Shown here: piece by piece, positions 8,966-19,295 of the stretch | How positions within the stretch are numbered: the stretch's first letter is position 1 | Layout of the letters: every line of letters starts with the position of its first letter | From: a bacterium | Lineage (GTDB): Bacteria; Bacillota_I; Bacilli_A; RFN20; CAG-826 | Direction: 5' to 3' | DNA length: 64,000 nucleotides | NCBI GenBank assembly: GCA_963617535.1 | Contig: CAVEPD010000001.1 | Span: forward strand, 1,914 to 65,913 | Notes under the pieces: model-generated | Seen by the model: only the letters and a program-made list of their open reading frames with translations | The model's database searches: none | What the model was told of the DNA's origin: nothing | Made by a program: the position numbers and the translations under genes

Positions 8966-11764
8966 ATGGACAAGATTGATTCTAAATACAGACCGATTCC
9001 GTTTTGGAGTTGGAATGACGAGCTGGAGCCGGAAGATTGCGCGAAGCAAATTGACTGGATGCACGAGAATGGCATCGGGGGTTTCTTCATGCACGCGCGC
9101 GGCGGGCTTATGACCCCGTATCTAGGCGAGAAGTGGTTCAAGTGCGTTGAAGCTTCGGTGAACGAGGCAGTAAAGCTAGGCATGAATGCCTATGCTTATG
9201 ATGAGAACGGCTGGCCTAGCGGTTTCGCGGGCGGGAAACTCTTAGAAGACGAAGACAATCGCGACCGTTATCTTGAATATTCAATTGGTCCTGCCGATCC
9301 GAAGGCTTTTGCCTGTTATGACATTTCGGGCGAGAAACTTGTCCGAGTGAAAGAAGGGGATAACGTCCTTAACCTCTACAAGAGGATTTCTCCTTCGACG
9401 GTTGATATCTGCAATCCTGAGGTGATCCAAAAGTTCATTAAGATCACCCATGAGGAATATAAGAAGAGAGATAATGGGGGTTTGCGGGGATTTTTCACCG
9501 ATGAACCTCAGTATTTCCGTTGGGGACATCCTTATACGGAGATGCTTCCTGCCTACTTCAAATCTCATTACGGCGTAGACATCGTGGACCAGCTTGGCCT
9601 TGTCTTCGTTGAAAAGGAAGGCTACCGCGAGTTCCGTTACCGTTACTGGAAAGCCATGCAGGACATGATGCTCCATTCCTTCTCGGAACAGATTTACAAC
9701 TGGTGTGATAAGAACAATTACCTCTTTACCGGGCATTACGTCGAAGAGACCACCTTGCCTTATCAGATGAACTGCTGCGCGGGGATCATGCCGATGTATG
9801 AATACGAGCATATCCCTGGCGTGGATTGGCTTGGCAGGTTCTGCCCGGATGTCCTTTCCCCGAAGCAAGTGGGCTCCGTCGCTCAGCAGCTTGGGAAGAA
9901 GCAAGTCATCACCGAGGATTTTGCTTGCTCTGGTTGGGATGTTACTCCGATTGAACTGAAGAGAAACACCGAGGCCCTATATTGGGGCGGCGTCAATCTT
10001 CTTTGCCAGCACCTTCTTCCCTATGCCGAATACGGCCAGAGGAAGAGAGACTATCCTGCCCATTACGTCCCTCTGAACGGCTGGATCAAGAAAGGGTTCA
10101 AGACCTTCAACGATTACGTTTCTTATCTAGGGGAATTCCTTGCAAGTAGCAGCGAAACTCCAAAGATTGCAGTTCTTCAACCGATCCGCAGCGTCTATTT
10201 CGACTTTAAGCGTAATGGCGAATGGCCTTATCTTGGCGTCGAGGCGATCGAGAAACCTTTCCAGGAACTCATTGCTAAGCTCACCGCGATGCATGTCTCT
10301 TGGCACCTCGTCGATGAGACTTTGCTTGCGAAACACGGTTCCATCAAAGACTCGTCTTTAGTTTGCGGCGAACGTTCTTACGACATCCTCGTCCTTCCAA
10401 AGCTCTTCACGATGGATGCTTCCACGGAGAAGCTCATCTCCGAATTCGTGAGCAATGGCGGAAAACTTTGCTTGCCTTATGGGCTTCCGGATTATCTGGA
10501 AGGCCAGCAACATGCCTATTCCTGGAAAGAGAATATCGCGCTTCCTTCTCTTGCCGGAATTGACGGATTCACTTCCAACGAGAGCGAGGGCTATCGTGTT
10601 TCTTGGAGAAAAGACAAAGATGGGAAAGACTACATCTACCTTGTGAACGTCGGAGAAGAAGTGGAAGTCTCTTTCGCGAAAGAGGGGATGCATAGCTTCG
10701 ACTCCTATGACGTAGAAACGAAGACCACGAAGAAAGTCCCGCTTTCCTTCAAACTCGAGAAAGGCGGTTCGAGAATCCTTTATTTCTCCAAAGACGAATG
10801 CGAAGCAAAGAAACCTTTGGAGGAAATCCATTTGCCTTCTTCTTATAAACTAGCCAAGAAAGTGGATAACTTCCTCACGCTTGATCGCGTTTCCTATTCC
10901 TTCAACGGGAAAAATTACACCGAGGAGCTTTATCACCTCGACGCGTTCGCCGATCTCTTGAAGAGCCGTTATAAAGGCACCCTCTATGTTAAATACAACT
11001 TCGAGGTAAAGGACTTGCCTAGCAAGTGCGAGCTTGAGGTTGAGAACCCTCATTTGCTTTCCATTGCCTTAAACGGCAAGGAGCTTAGCAACCCGAAAGC
11101 CTCGGAATACGAGAAGACTCTCTCCGTTTATGACGCCTGCTCTTCTTTGAAAGTTGGCCAAAACGAAGTGATCTTAAAGATGGATTACTTCCAAAAAGAA
11201 GAGGTCTATTACGCGCTCTTCGGCGAGAATGTCACCGAGAGCCTTCGCAACTGCCTCGTTTATGATTCCAATATCGAGCCCATCTATCTGAAGGGCGATT
11301 TCGGGGTCTTTGGCGACTTTGCCGAAGGAAAGGATCCTACTATCGCTTTCGGCAAAAACTTCTACATTGGCAAGCAAAAAACGGAGATTTGCAGGCTTAT
11401 TGAAGATGGCTTCCCCTTCTTCCATGGCGAGCTTCCCTTGCTTGGAACCCTTGAAGCGAGCTCTAAAGACTCTGAACTTGTCGTTACGAAGCGTTTCCAA
11501 ATGCTCGACCTTGCGGTGAACGGCAAGAAAGTCGATTCCTCGATGTTTGATTATCGCTTTGACCTCTCAAAGTACCTTCATGAAGGAAACAACGAGCTTG
11601 CCTTGAACCTTGTCGTGAGCCCTCGCAATTGCATGGGGCCTCATCACAATGGGGAAGAAGACTTAGGGGTTGGTCCTTATAGCTTCGAGGATAAGTACCG
11701 CAAAGACGGCAACGAAAATCCGGAAGAGATGAAGACCTATTGCTTCGTCAGAACCATCATCTAA
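8966..11764 (+). CDS. Large cytoplasmic glycoside hydrolase of the 'PFWSWN' class (GH106-like / glycosylhydrolase-like jelly-roll); family uncertain
   Basis: 932 aa. The N-terminus (YRPIPFWSWNDELEPEDCAKQIDWMHENGIGGFFMHARGG) matches the start of a recurrent bacterial glycosidase family. It is adjacent to the GH2 gene. The exact family cannot be fixed by eye. Confidence 0.5.
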   Translation: MDKIDSKYRPIPFWSWNDELEPEDCAKQIDWMHENGIGGFFMHARGGLMTPYLGEKWFKCVEASVNEAVKLGMNAYAYDENGWPSGFAGGKLLEDEDNRDRYLEYSIGPADPKAFACYDISGEKLVRVKEGDNVLNLYKRISPSTVDICNPEVIQKFIKITHEEYKKRDNGGLRGFFTDEPQYFRWGHPYTEMLPAYFKSHYGVDIVDQLGLVFVEKEGYREFRYRYWKAMQDMMLHSFSEQIYNWCDKNNYLFTGHYVEETTLPYQMNCCAGIMPMYEYEHIPGVDWLGRFCPDVLSPKQVGSVAQQLGKKQVITEDFACSGWDVTPIELKRNTEALYWGGVNLLCQHLLPYAEYGQRKRDYPAHYVPLNGWIKKGFKTFNDYVSYLGEFLASSSETPKIAVLQPIRSVYFDFKRNGEWPYLGVEAIEKPFQELIAKLTAMHVSWHLVDETLLAKHGSIKDSSLVCGERSYDILVLPKLFTMDASTEKLISEFVSNGGKLCLPYGLPDYLEGQQHAYSWKENIALPSLAGIDGFTSNESEGYRVSWRKDKDGKDYIYLVNVGEEVEVSFAKEGMHSFDSYDVETKTTKKVPLSFKLEKGGSRILYFSKDECEAKKPLEEIHLPSSYKLAKKVDNFLTLDRVSYSFNGKNYTEELYHLDAFADLLKSRYKGTLYVKYNFEVKDLPSKCELEVENPHLLSIALNGKELSNPKASEYEKTLSVYDACSSLKVGQNEVILKMDYFQKEEVYYALFGENVTESLRNCLVYDSNIEPIYLKGDFGVFGDFAEGKDPTIAFGKNFYIGKQKTEICRLIEDGFPFFHGELPLLGTLEASSKDSELVVTKRFQMLDLAVNGKKVDSSMFDYRFDLSKYLHEGNNELALNLVVSPRNCMGPHHNGEEDLGVGPYSFEDKYRKDGNENPEEMKTYCFVRTII

Positions 11765-11780
11765 AACCAAAATCTAGCAA

Positions 11781-11806
11781 AGAGGCATCCATGGGGTGCC
11801 TCTTTT
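11781..11806 (+). terminator. Rho-independent terminator after the glycosidase pair
   Basis: AGAGGCATCC-atg-GGGTGCCTCT stem followed by TTTT. Confidence 0.6.
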
Positions 11807-11853
11807 AAGTTCCTCTTTAAGGAGGGAAGACGAAGGACTAAAATTCGGGCCAT

Positions 11854-12678
11854 ATGGAAAAGCCATTAAAGAGAAAACTAATTCTTCTGATTAGTTTAGT
11901 CCTCTATTACATTCTGTTCTCCTACCTACCTTTCCAAATTTGGTTCAGCGAGAAAGGATTCCAAATCGCTCGTATCATCGCCTTTGTGCCAGCGGTGGCT
12001 GTCTTAATTTTTCTTAAGCATCTTTGGCACATTGAAATCAAGCGTCCACATGTTCAGCTGAAATACATATTTTTGCTTCCCCTCATTCTTTTCTGCTTTA
12101 TCAATTTCTTGTCCGTTCCTATCTTCAATTTCCCCAAGTCGCAAGAAGCGCAGGATGTTGGCCTGCTTGTTCTTGAGCTTGTTTCCGACGGTGCGGCGGC
12201 GATTTTCGAAGATCTTTTATTCGTCGATCTCTTTATTTGCTTCTTTTTGGATGTGGTGCACGTCAAACATGCGAAGTCCCTTGCGATTTTCGCTAGCGCA
12301 TTCCTTTTCAGCCTTGCCCATTGCTATATCTTCCTTTACCAAACCTATCCTGGCAGCTTCAACGATCCGTTCTTAGTCAGTTTGTTGCAGATTATCTACA
12401 TCTTCCTGCTGGTTCTTGTCTGCGGGTATCTAGCGATTTACTTCGATTCGGCCATTATTCCAGTGTCGTTCCATTTCTTTTACAACGTCATCAACCACAT
12501 CCTTTTCTACCATTTCTACGAATTCGACATCTCTTGGCCTTATGTCCTCTTCGTGTCGATCTTCGCGGTCTTTGGCATTTTCTACTTCGTCGCGCTTTGG
12601 CACTTGAGCGAAGAGAGACCTTATCGCAAAAATGAAAAACCCCGCAAAAGCGAGGTTAATGAAACGGAAGAGAAGTGA
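11854..12678 (+). CDS. CPBP (CAAX) family intramembrane metalloprotease-like protein
   Basis: 274 aa and polytopic. The motifs appear in order: IFEDLLFVD (a variant of EExxxR), FLFSLAH (FxxxH) and SFHFFYNV (HxxxN). Confidence 0.65.
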   Translation: MEKPLKRKLILLISLVLYYILFSYLPFQIWFSEKGFQIARIIAFVPAVAVLIFLKHLWHIEIKRPHVQLKYIFLLPLILFCFINFLSVPIFNFPKSQEAQDVGLLVLELVSDGAAAIFEDLLFVDLFICFFLDVVHVKHAKSLAIFASAFLFSLAHCYIFLYQTYPGSFNDPFLVSLLQIIYIFLLVLVCGYLAIYFDSAIIPVSFHFFYNVINHILFYHFYEFDISWPYVLFVSIFAVFGIFYFVALWHLSEERPYRKNEKPRKSEVNETEEK

Positions 12679-12680
12679 TT

Positions 12681-13685
12681 TTATTCCGCTTTTGGAGTTT
12701 CTAAGGCAGCTTCGATTTTTTGGATGAGCTTCTTATCTGCCAGATTGGCGGTTTCTAGAATCGTGCCTTCGAAAATTTCCGCGGTGCTCTTGCCGTGAGT
12801 TTTGACAACGAGCTTCTTGGTCCCTAGAAGCGGGGCGCATCCGCGCTTGACGATCTCAAACGGCTTTGTCGCCTCCTTGATTCCTTTGAGCTGGAACAAG
12901 GCGCCGATTTTGCGGATGAAGGTGCCGGCCATCGCGAGCTTCATCTTGTCCTTCATGTAATAGAAGGCCCCTTCGCTGCCCTTGAGGAATACGTTCCCCG
13001 CGAAGCCATCGCAGGTGACGATGTCGGTGGTGCCGTCTAAGACGTGATCCGCCTCGATGTTGCCGATGAAATTGAGGGAGCTCCCTTTTAACATGTCATA
13101 GGCCTCTTTCGAAAGCTCATCGCCTTTTCCTTCTTCAGCCCCGACGTTAAGCAAGCTGACGCGCGGGTTTTCGACGCCGACGCAGTTAAGATAAGTCGTG
13201 GCCATGAGGGCGAACTGATAAAGATATTGGGGCTTGCAGTCCATGTTGGCACCAGAGTCGATGACGCGGACGTAGGAACCGTTTTTCGCTGGCAAAGTAG
13301 TGATAAGCGCAGGTCTTTCGATGCCCGGGATTCTTCCTAAACGAAGGACGGCTCCGGTTAAAACCGCGCCGGTGGGGCCGGCGGTGAGCATGCCGTCGAT
13401 ATCGTCTCTTTTCCTCAAAGCATCATAAGCGACCGCTAAAGTGGATTCGGGTTTCTGCTTCAAGAACATCGCGGGGTGATCGGTGTTCAGAACCGCCTCT
13501 TTCGCGTTCAAAAATTCAACGCGGGTTAAATCTGCGCCAAGCTTGGTAAGTCTTGCTTTGCAATCGTCGGTCGGACCAACGATCACTAAATTCAGGTCCT
13601 TACGGGAACTAAGGGCCTTGGTGGCGCCTTCTAGCACCGCCTGCGGCGCGTTATCGCCGCCTAATGCATCTACTAAAATTTTCAT
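12681..13685 (-). CDS. plsX: Phosphate acyltransferase PlsX
   Basis: 334 aa. It starts MKILVDALGGDNAP and shows PlsX-like similarity over its full length. Confidence 0.92.
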   Translation of the reverse strand: MKILVDALGGDNAPQAVLEGATKALSSRKDLNLVIVGPTDDCKARLTKLGADLTRVEFLNAKEAVLNTDHPAMFLKQKPESTLAVAYDALRKRDDIDGMLTAGPTGAVLTGAVLRLGRIPGIERPALITTLPAKNGSYVRVIDSGANMDCKPQYLYQFALMATTYLNCVGVENPRVSLLNVGAEEGKGDELSKEAYDMLKGSSLNFIGNIEADHVLDGTTDIVTCDGFAGNVFLKGSEGAFYYMKDKMKLAMAGTFIRKIGALFQLKGIKEATKPFEIVKRGCAPLLGTKKLVVKTHGKSTAEIFEGTILETANLADKKLIQKIEAALETPKAE

Positions 13686-13789
13686 GCAAAAATTTTGCCA
13701 CTTTTCTTTGCTAGGTCAATCAAGAGAAAAACGTTCACTTTCTTTAACTGCTTCCTTTCAGGAAGAACAAGTGTGATAAGATAGCCGCG

Positions 13790-15166
13790 ATGACAAAGAA
13801 AGAACGAACAGCCATTTTAGAAGGCTATAAATCCCACAGCCTGAACAACGAAATCGAGATCCTCCGCTCCAAAAAGTGCGGATGCTTTTTTTGCGGGAAG
13901 ACCTTTGATGCGAGAAAAGTCTCGCAATGGGAAGACGGGACGAACGGGGGAGCTTCCGCGATTTGCCCCGAATGTGGCATGGCCACGGTGGTTGGCGATG
14001 CCTCGGGTGTCCCCCTCACCAAAACCGTGCTCAATGAAATGAGCGAGGCTTTTTATGGAGGCGCGGACGGCGATAAAAGTCCCGAGGCTTTGAACAAATA
14101 CATCGACCGTTACGTTGCCGGCAAAATCTCCCAAACGAAGAAGAACGAAACGCTTTTCCTCCATTACCTTATCGATCTTGCGTCTACAAAAGACCCTAGA
14201 GCCTATCTTCTTCTCGGCGATTTTTATTCTGGATCCGCTAAGCACCAGAAGCCTGATTATCAGTTAGCGATTGGCTTTTATTCCGCGCCTTTAGTGGCCC
14301 AGGACCCTTATGCTCTTTGCAGGCTAGGCGTCCTTCTTTTCGATGGCCATGGCCCGAAGAAGAACAAAATGGCTTGCTTTGAATGCTTCTCCAAGGCCGC
14401 GGCTTTAGGATCCCTTGAAGCCGTTTACCGCATTGCCGACTGCTATCACTACGGCCATCCAGTTAAAATTGATGACGATTTTGCCTACCGCGCGGTTTTG
14501 AATGGCTTCTCGCAAAGCTATTCTGATTTTTTGGGCTGCCATTTGCATCAAAGCCTGTTGCCTGAATTCTCCTATCGTCTCGCTAAGTGCGCGCAAAACG
14601 GTTGGGGGATCAACAAGGAAGAGAATTTCGCGCTCAAGTATTATTTGATCGCCCAGTTTTCTGCCGCGGCGAAATGCATTGCCCTTGGCATCGATACGAC
14701 AACTTCTTTCACGGACGACATCAACGCACAAATCGCCATTCTAGGCAAAAAGATTGGCGCGAAGCAGGGGGAGCCCCTATTCGATACGGATACCTTTTTC
14801 GATACCTATGGCGATCCGAACACCCCGGATTATTCCAATAAGAAGTTCCATTTCATTTCCTATGAGAAAGAAACTGGGAATCTCGTCTTCGAAATCGAGA
14901 GTAGCCGCCCTGGCTTGCTCGTGGATGCCGCTAATCTTTATTGCGGCCTCAACAAGCCCAAAATCAAATGGTCTTTCATTGACGTTGTCTCCTTTGATTA
15001 CAATGGCGAGGAGGATTTCGACGAGATTATCGTGACTGACGATGGCTATTCTTTCCTCCGCTATGGAGATGAGGAAGAACTTGATACCGTCATCGCTGAG
15101 ATCCATTTGAGGCAAATAGACGATTCCGAGCCCGCCGATGAAGATGGCCTGCTCGTTTCAAAATAA
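13790..15166 (+). CDS. Sel1-repeat (TPR-like) protein with an N-terminal Cys4 zinc ribbon
   Basis: 458 aa. It has a CGCFFCGK...CPECG cluster followed by Sel1-type repeats (LLGDFY.., ALCRLGVLLFDGHG.., EAVYRIADCYHYGH..). Confidence 0.55.
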   Translation: MTKKERTAILEGYKSHSLNNEIEILRSKKCGCFFCGKTFDARKVSQWEDGTNGGASAICPECGMATVVGDASGVPLTKTVLNEMSEAFYGGADGDKSPEALNKYIDRYVAGKISQTKKNETLFLHYLIDLASTKDPRAYLLLGDFYSGSAKHQKPDYQLAIGFYSAPLVAQDPYALCRLGVLLFDGHGPKKNKMACFECFSKAAALGSLEAVYRIADCYHYGHPVKIDDDFAYRAVLNGFSQSYSDFLGCHLHQSLLPEFSYRLAKCAQNGWGINKEENFALKYYLIAQFSAAAKCIALGIDTTTSFTDDINAQIAILGKKIGAKQGEPLFDTDTFFDTYGDPNTPDYSNKKFHFISYEKETGNLVFEIESSRPGLLVDAANLYCGLNKPKIKWSFIDVVSFDYNGEEDFDEIIVTDDGYSFLRYGDEEELDTVIAEIHLRQIDDSEPADEDGLLVSK

Positions 15167-15178
15167 AGGAACCCATAT

Positions 15179-16936
15179 ATGGAAGAAAACAAAGAAGCTT
15201 ACGTGCACAAGGCTTTCGGCCCGCTTAAAAAATATCGGGTCAAAGTCGTTTTGGCGCCCATTTTCAAACTATTTGAGGCCGTCACGGAACTGATTGTCCC
15301 GATTCTTGTGAGCCGCATCATCGACCAAGGCTTGGATGAAAACGGTGCCCATTACCATGATTGGAATTACATCCTCATTCTTGCCTGCGTCATGTTTGGG
15401 CTAGCGATCGCTGGCTTTGCCGTGACAATGATTACGCAGTATTTGGCCGCGAGGGTGAGCAGTGATTATTCCTACGACCTGAAGAAAGTCATCTACGAGA
15501 GAATCCATTTGCTTTCCTCGAAGCAACTCGACGATTATGGGCGGAACAAGGCGCTTAACCTGCTGAACAATGATTCGTTCTTGGTGCAAAACGGCGTCCA
15601 AATGCTGATGCGTCTCATCGTGAGGGCTCCTTTCTTGGTCCTCGGCTCTATCGTGGCCAGCTTTATCATCAATCCTATTGCTGGCTGCGTCGTTCTTGGG
15701 TCTCTAGTTTTATCGGGCTTAGTGATTGGCTTGGTGGTTTGCTCCACTCCGAAGCAATACGCGAAACTTCAGAAGCAACTAGACATCATCTCTAGCCGCG
15801 GCGAAGACGAGATCGTCGGGGCGAGGGTTGTGCGTTCCTTCAACAAAGAAGCGGTGGAAACAAAAGAGTTCCGCGACGCCAGCGAAAGCTATCGGAAGCA
15901 AGCTCTCGTCATCTCGAAAATCAATGCGCTCATCAATCCGCTTACCTTCGCTTTGATCAACGGTGCGGTTCTCTTGGTTTTCTATATCGGAGGCTTCCAT
16001 AACGATAGCGCTTCGCTTTCCGTCGGCGACATCGTGGCCTTGGTGAACTACCTCACGACCTCTTTGTCCGCGCTCATCATGTTCACCCGTTTGATTACCT
16101 CTCTTTCGAAGGCGTTTACTTCAAAAAAGAGAATCGACGACTTCTTGGCGCTTGAACCCGATATCGTTTCAGGCCCAATCGAGAAAGAAAATGAGTTGAA
16201 AGAAGGGGAGCCTGTCTTCGAATTCAAGAAGGCTTGCCTTAGTTTCGGCGGCGAGAGTCTCGCCCTTCAAGACATCGACATGGTGATTGCGAAAGGCGAA
16301 TCCGTCGGCATCATCGGCGGCACGGGTTCAGGCAAATCAACTTTGCTCAATTTGATGGAACGTTTCTATGATTTGACTAGCGGCGAGCTTCTCTTCCACG
16401 GCCATCCGATTCAGGAAAGCAAACTCGAGAACCTTCGTTCCGAGATCGCTTTGGTAAGCCAAAAGAAACAGCTTTTCCGCGGGACTATCCGCTCCAACAT
16501 GCTTTTAGGAAAGCCTGATGCGAGCGAAGAGGAAATCTGGAAGGCTTTAAAGGATTCTTTAGCGGAAGAATTCGTGACTCGCTACAAAGATGGACTCGAT
16601 CATGAAGTGGAAGAAGGAGGGCAGAACTTCTCAGGCGGGCAAAAGCAACGTCTTTTGATCGCGCGCGCCTTGCTCTCGAATCGCCCTGTCCTATTCCTAG
16701 ATGACGCCACAAGCGCCCTTGATTACAAAAGCGACCTCATGGTCCGCAAAAACATTGCAAAAGTCCAGGATTTGACCTTGGTCATGGTTTCCCAAAGGGC
16801 GACTTCCATCAAGGATTGCAACCATATTTACGTCTTGGACAAAGGGAAAATCGTGGGTCATGGAACCCATGAAGAGCTTCTAGCCTCTTGCCCGATTTAC
16901 CAGGAAATCTATGAAACGCAGGTGAAGACAAAATGA
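15179..16936 (+). CDS. ABC exporter half-transporter (TMD-NBD), subunit with the non-canonical Walker B
   Basis: 585 aa. Walker A is GGTGSGKST and the signature is FSGGQKQR. Walker B reads LFLDDATSALD, so Asp replaces the catalytic Glu. Confidence 0.9.
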   Translation: MEENKEAYVHKAFGPLKKYRVKVVLAPIFKLFEAVTELIVPILVSRIIDQGLDENGAHYHDWNYILILACVMFGLAIAGFAVTMITQYLAARVSSDYSYDLKKVIYERIHLLSSKQLDDYGRNKALNLLNNDSFLVQNGVQMLMRLIVRAPFLVLGSIVASFIINPIAGCVVLGSLVLSGLVIGLVVCSTPKQYAKLQKQLDIISSRGEDEIVGARVVRSFNKEAVETKEFRDASESYRKQALVISKINALINPLTFALINGAVLLVFYIGGFHNDSASLSVGDIVALVNYLTTSLSALIMFTRLITSLSKAFTSKKRIDDFLALEPDIVSGPIEKENELKEGEPVFEFKKACLSFGGESLALQDIDMVIAKGESVGIIGGTGSGKSTLLNLMERFYDLTSGELLFHGHPIQESKLENLRSEIALVSQKKQLFRGTIRSNMLLGKPDASEEEIWKALKDSLAEEFVTRYKDGLDHEVEEGGQNFSGGQKQRLLIARALLSNRPVLFLDDATSALDYKSDLMVRKNIAKVQDLTLVMVSQRATSIKDCNHIYVLDKGKIVGHGTHEELLASCPIYQEIYETQVKTK

Positions 16937-18675
16937 AAAAGAAATCGCTGAACCTCTCTTCTCTCCTTCCCTATATGAAGGGGAACGTCCTATTGCTTAT
17001 TCTCTCTTTCGTCTTGGCTCTTTGCTCCGTGACGGCGAAGATGGCTATTCCTTATGTGACGGGTCTTGCCATCGATTTAATGAGAAGCGACTCCTTCGCC
17101 CCGGACCAGTTAATGCCTTATCTTTTCTTGATCTTTGGCCTCATCATCGTCGGCGCTTTGTTCCGTTATGCCTTTGACTACGCTCTTTCTAAATGCGGTC
17201 AGCGTGTCGTGAAGAACATGAGGGATACGCTTTTCGACGCTCTGAACCAAGTGCCTCTTTCCTATTTGGACACTCATCCGCACGGCGATCTCCTTCTTCG
17301 CCTCACTAACGACATCGAAACTGTTCAGACAGGCCTTATCACAGGCGCGGGCGCTCTTTTTGAAGGCATCGTTCAAATCGCCATCACCCTTTTCTTCATG
17401 TTCTATCTGAACTGGGCGCTTGCTTTGACGGTTGTTTTGCTTACCCCGATCTCGGTGCTTGTCAGCCGCTTCGTCAGCAAATCCAACTCCGTTTACTTCA
17501 AGCAGCAAAACGCCAAGATGGGTGAGCTTACGGCCCATTCCCTGGAATCTCTTTCCAATCTTGAGGCCATCCATTCTTATGGGATGGAAGAAGCGAGAGA
17601 AAGCGACTTCCTAGAAAAGGACGCGGAGGTTAAGAAAGCCAACTTCAAAGCGACCTTCGCCGCCGCTTGGATCAACCCTTCCACGCGTTTGGTAAATAAC
17701 CTCATCTATGCCTCCATCATCCTTTTTGGGGCATATCTCCTAATCGCTTCGCCTGCTTGGCTTGGTATCCAGTTCACGGTTGGGGCACTCTCTTCCTTCC
17801 TTTCTTATTCCTTGCAGTACATGACTCCTTTCAACGAAATCGCGGATGTCGCTAGCGATGTCTTCTACGCGACCGCCTCTCTTGATAGGGTTCAGCAAAC
17901 CGTTCTTTGCGAGAAGGACATCGATAATGGCGCTAAGCCCCTTGGGAAGACCGTCGATACCCTTGAAGCAAAGGATATGAATTTCTCTTATGACGGCAAA
18001 CGTCAGATCATCAAGAACTTCAACCTCGATATCTACAAAGGCCACAAGATTGCTCTTGTCGGTCCGACGGGCTGCGGCAAGACGACCATCATCAATCTTT
18101 TGATGAGATTCTATGACCCTCAGCAAGGCGGATTCGAGATGAACGGCATCCCCACGAGCGAAGTAAAGAAGTCCGAGATGCGAAGCCACATCGGCATGGT
18201 CTTGCAGGAAACCTGGCTTGAGAAAGCCTCCATTCGCGACAACATTGCCTTTGGGAGACCTGATGCAAGCATGGATGAGGTCGTCGAGGCGGCGCAAAAG
18301 GCTCACGCGGACGAATTCATCCGCAGGCTCCCGAATGGCTATGACACGATCGTCAGTAATTCGAGCGGCCTCTCCCAAGGGGAGAAGCAGCTTCTCTGCG
18401 TCGCGCGCATCTTGCTTGTGAAACCTGAGATCGTCTTGCTAGACGAAGCGACGAGCAACATCGACCTTCGCACGGAACTTGCTTTGGGGAAAGCCTTCGA
18501 TGAATTGATGAAAGGGAAAACCTCCCTTGTCGTGGCCCATCGTCTCTCAACGATTCGCAATTCCGACTTGATTCTCGTCTTGAAAGACGGAGAGATCATT
18601 GAGCAAGGCAATTTCGATGAGCTTATGGGACAGAACGGTTTCTTCGCCGAGCTCTATCAAAGCCAGCTTGCCTAA
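16933..18675 (+). CDS. ABC exporter half-transporter (TMD-NBD), subunit with the canonical Walker B
   Basis: 580 aa. Its start overlaps the upstream stop (ATGA). Walker A is GPTGCGKTT, Walker B is VLLDEATSNID, and the signature is degenerate (LSQGEKQ). Confidence 0.9.
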   Translation: MKKKSLNLSSLLPYMKGNVLLLILSFVLALCSVTAKMAIPYVTGLAIDLMRSDSFAPDQLMPYLFLIFGLIIVGALFRYAFDYALSKCGQRVVKNMRDTLFDALNQVPLSYLDTHPHGDLLLRLTNDIETVQTGLITGAGALFEGIVQIAITLFFMFYLNWALALTVVLLTPISVLVSRFVSKSNSVYFKQQNAKMGELTAHSLESLSNLEAIHSYGMEEARESDFLEKDAEVKKANFKATFAAAWINPSTRLVNNLIYASIILFGAYLLIASPAWLGIQFTVGALSSFLSYSLQYMTPFNEIADVASDVFYATASLDRVQQTVLCEKDIDNGAKPLGKTVDTLEAKDMNFSYDGKRQIIKNFNLDIYKGHKIALVGPTGCGKTTIINLLMRFYDPQQGGFEMNGIPTSEVKKSEMRSHIGMVLQETWLEKASIRDNIAFGRPDASMDEVVEAAQKAHADEFIRRLPNGYDTIVSNSSGLSQGEKQLLCVARILLVKPEIVLLDEATSNIDLRTELALGKAFDELMKGKTSLVVAHRLSTIRNSDLILVLKDGEIIEQGNFDELMGQNGFFAELYQSQLA

Positions 18676-18680
18676 TCGCT

Positions 18681-19199
18681 TCAGAAAGAAGGATTCGCGC
18701 AGAGTCCTTCTTTTTCTTTTTTGCGGATCAAAATCAAAGACCGGTTTGGGGCATAGTCATAAGGCTTAAACCCGATGGTCTTGAAAAAAGGCAAAAGAGA
18801 AAAGCGCGTGGAAGGTAACAAAGCAAGCCAAGTCGCCTCTTTGTGGGAAGAGACGAGAGAAAGGAATAAAGCTTTCGCGTTCCCTTTCTTTTTGTAGAAG
18901 GGGTCCGTGAAAATGGACTCTAAGAAAAGTAGGGGCTCACCATAATAGCCAATCTGATCTAATAATTCGTTTTGCTTTGGGATGTCGTTCCCGTAGATTT
19001 CTTCCAAAGGGAAAAAGGAAAACGATGCGAGGGAAAGAACCTTTAAACCGTCTTTCAAGACGTAGGCTCTTCTTTCATTCACGGCTTGAAGGAATTTCTC
19101 CTCGTCAAAGAAGCTGTCTTCGAAATCCATATCAGCACGCCTGGCGGCTTTTTCGACGTTGGAGAGCTGATTGGATGAAATTAAGGTGATTCGCTGCAT
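18681..19199 (-). CDS. GNAT-family N-acetyltransferase-like protein
   Basis: 172 aa. It has a motif-A-like segment (FTDPFYKKKGNAKALFLSLV, matching R/Q-x-x-G-x-A) and a length typical of GNAT proteins. Confidence 0.45.
   Translation of the reverse strand: MQRITLISSNQLSNVEKAARRADMDFEDSFFDEEKFLQAVNERRAYVLKDGLKVLSLASFSFFPLEEIYGNDIPKQNELLDQIGYYGEPLLFLESIFTDPFYKKKGNAKALFLSLVSSHKEATWLALLPSTRFSLLPFFKTIGFKPYDYAPNRSLILIRKKEKEGLCANPSF
18688..18716 (+). terminator. Terminator of the ABC operon, embedded in the 3' end of the convergent gene
   Basis: GAAGGA-ttcgcgcagag-TCCTTC stem followed by TTTTT. Confidence 0.5.
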
Positions 19200-19295
19200 G
19201 GGGTCATTTTAACGAAAAAAGGGTATATGTGCCTGTTTTTCGTGAAGGGAAATGGGCTACAATAAGTACGATAGCCGTTTTGGCGAGGAGGGTTT

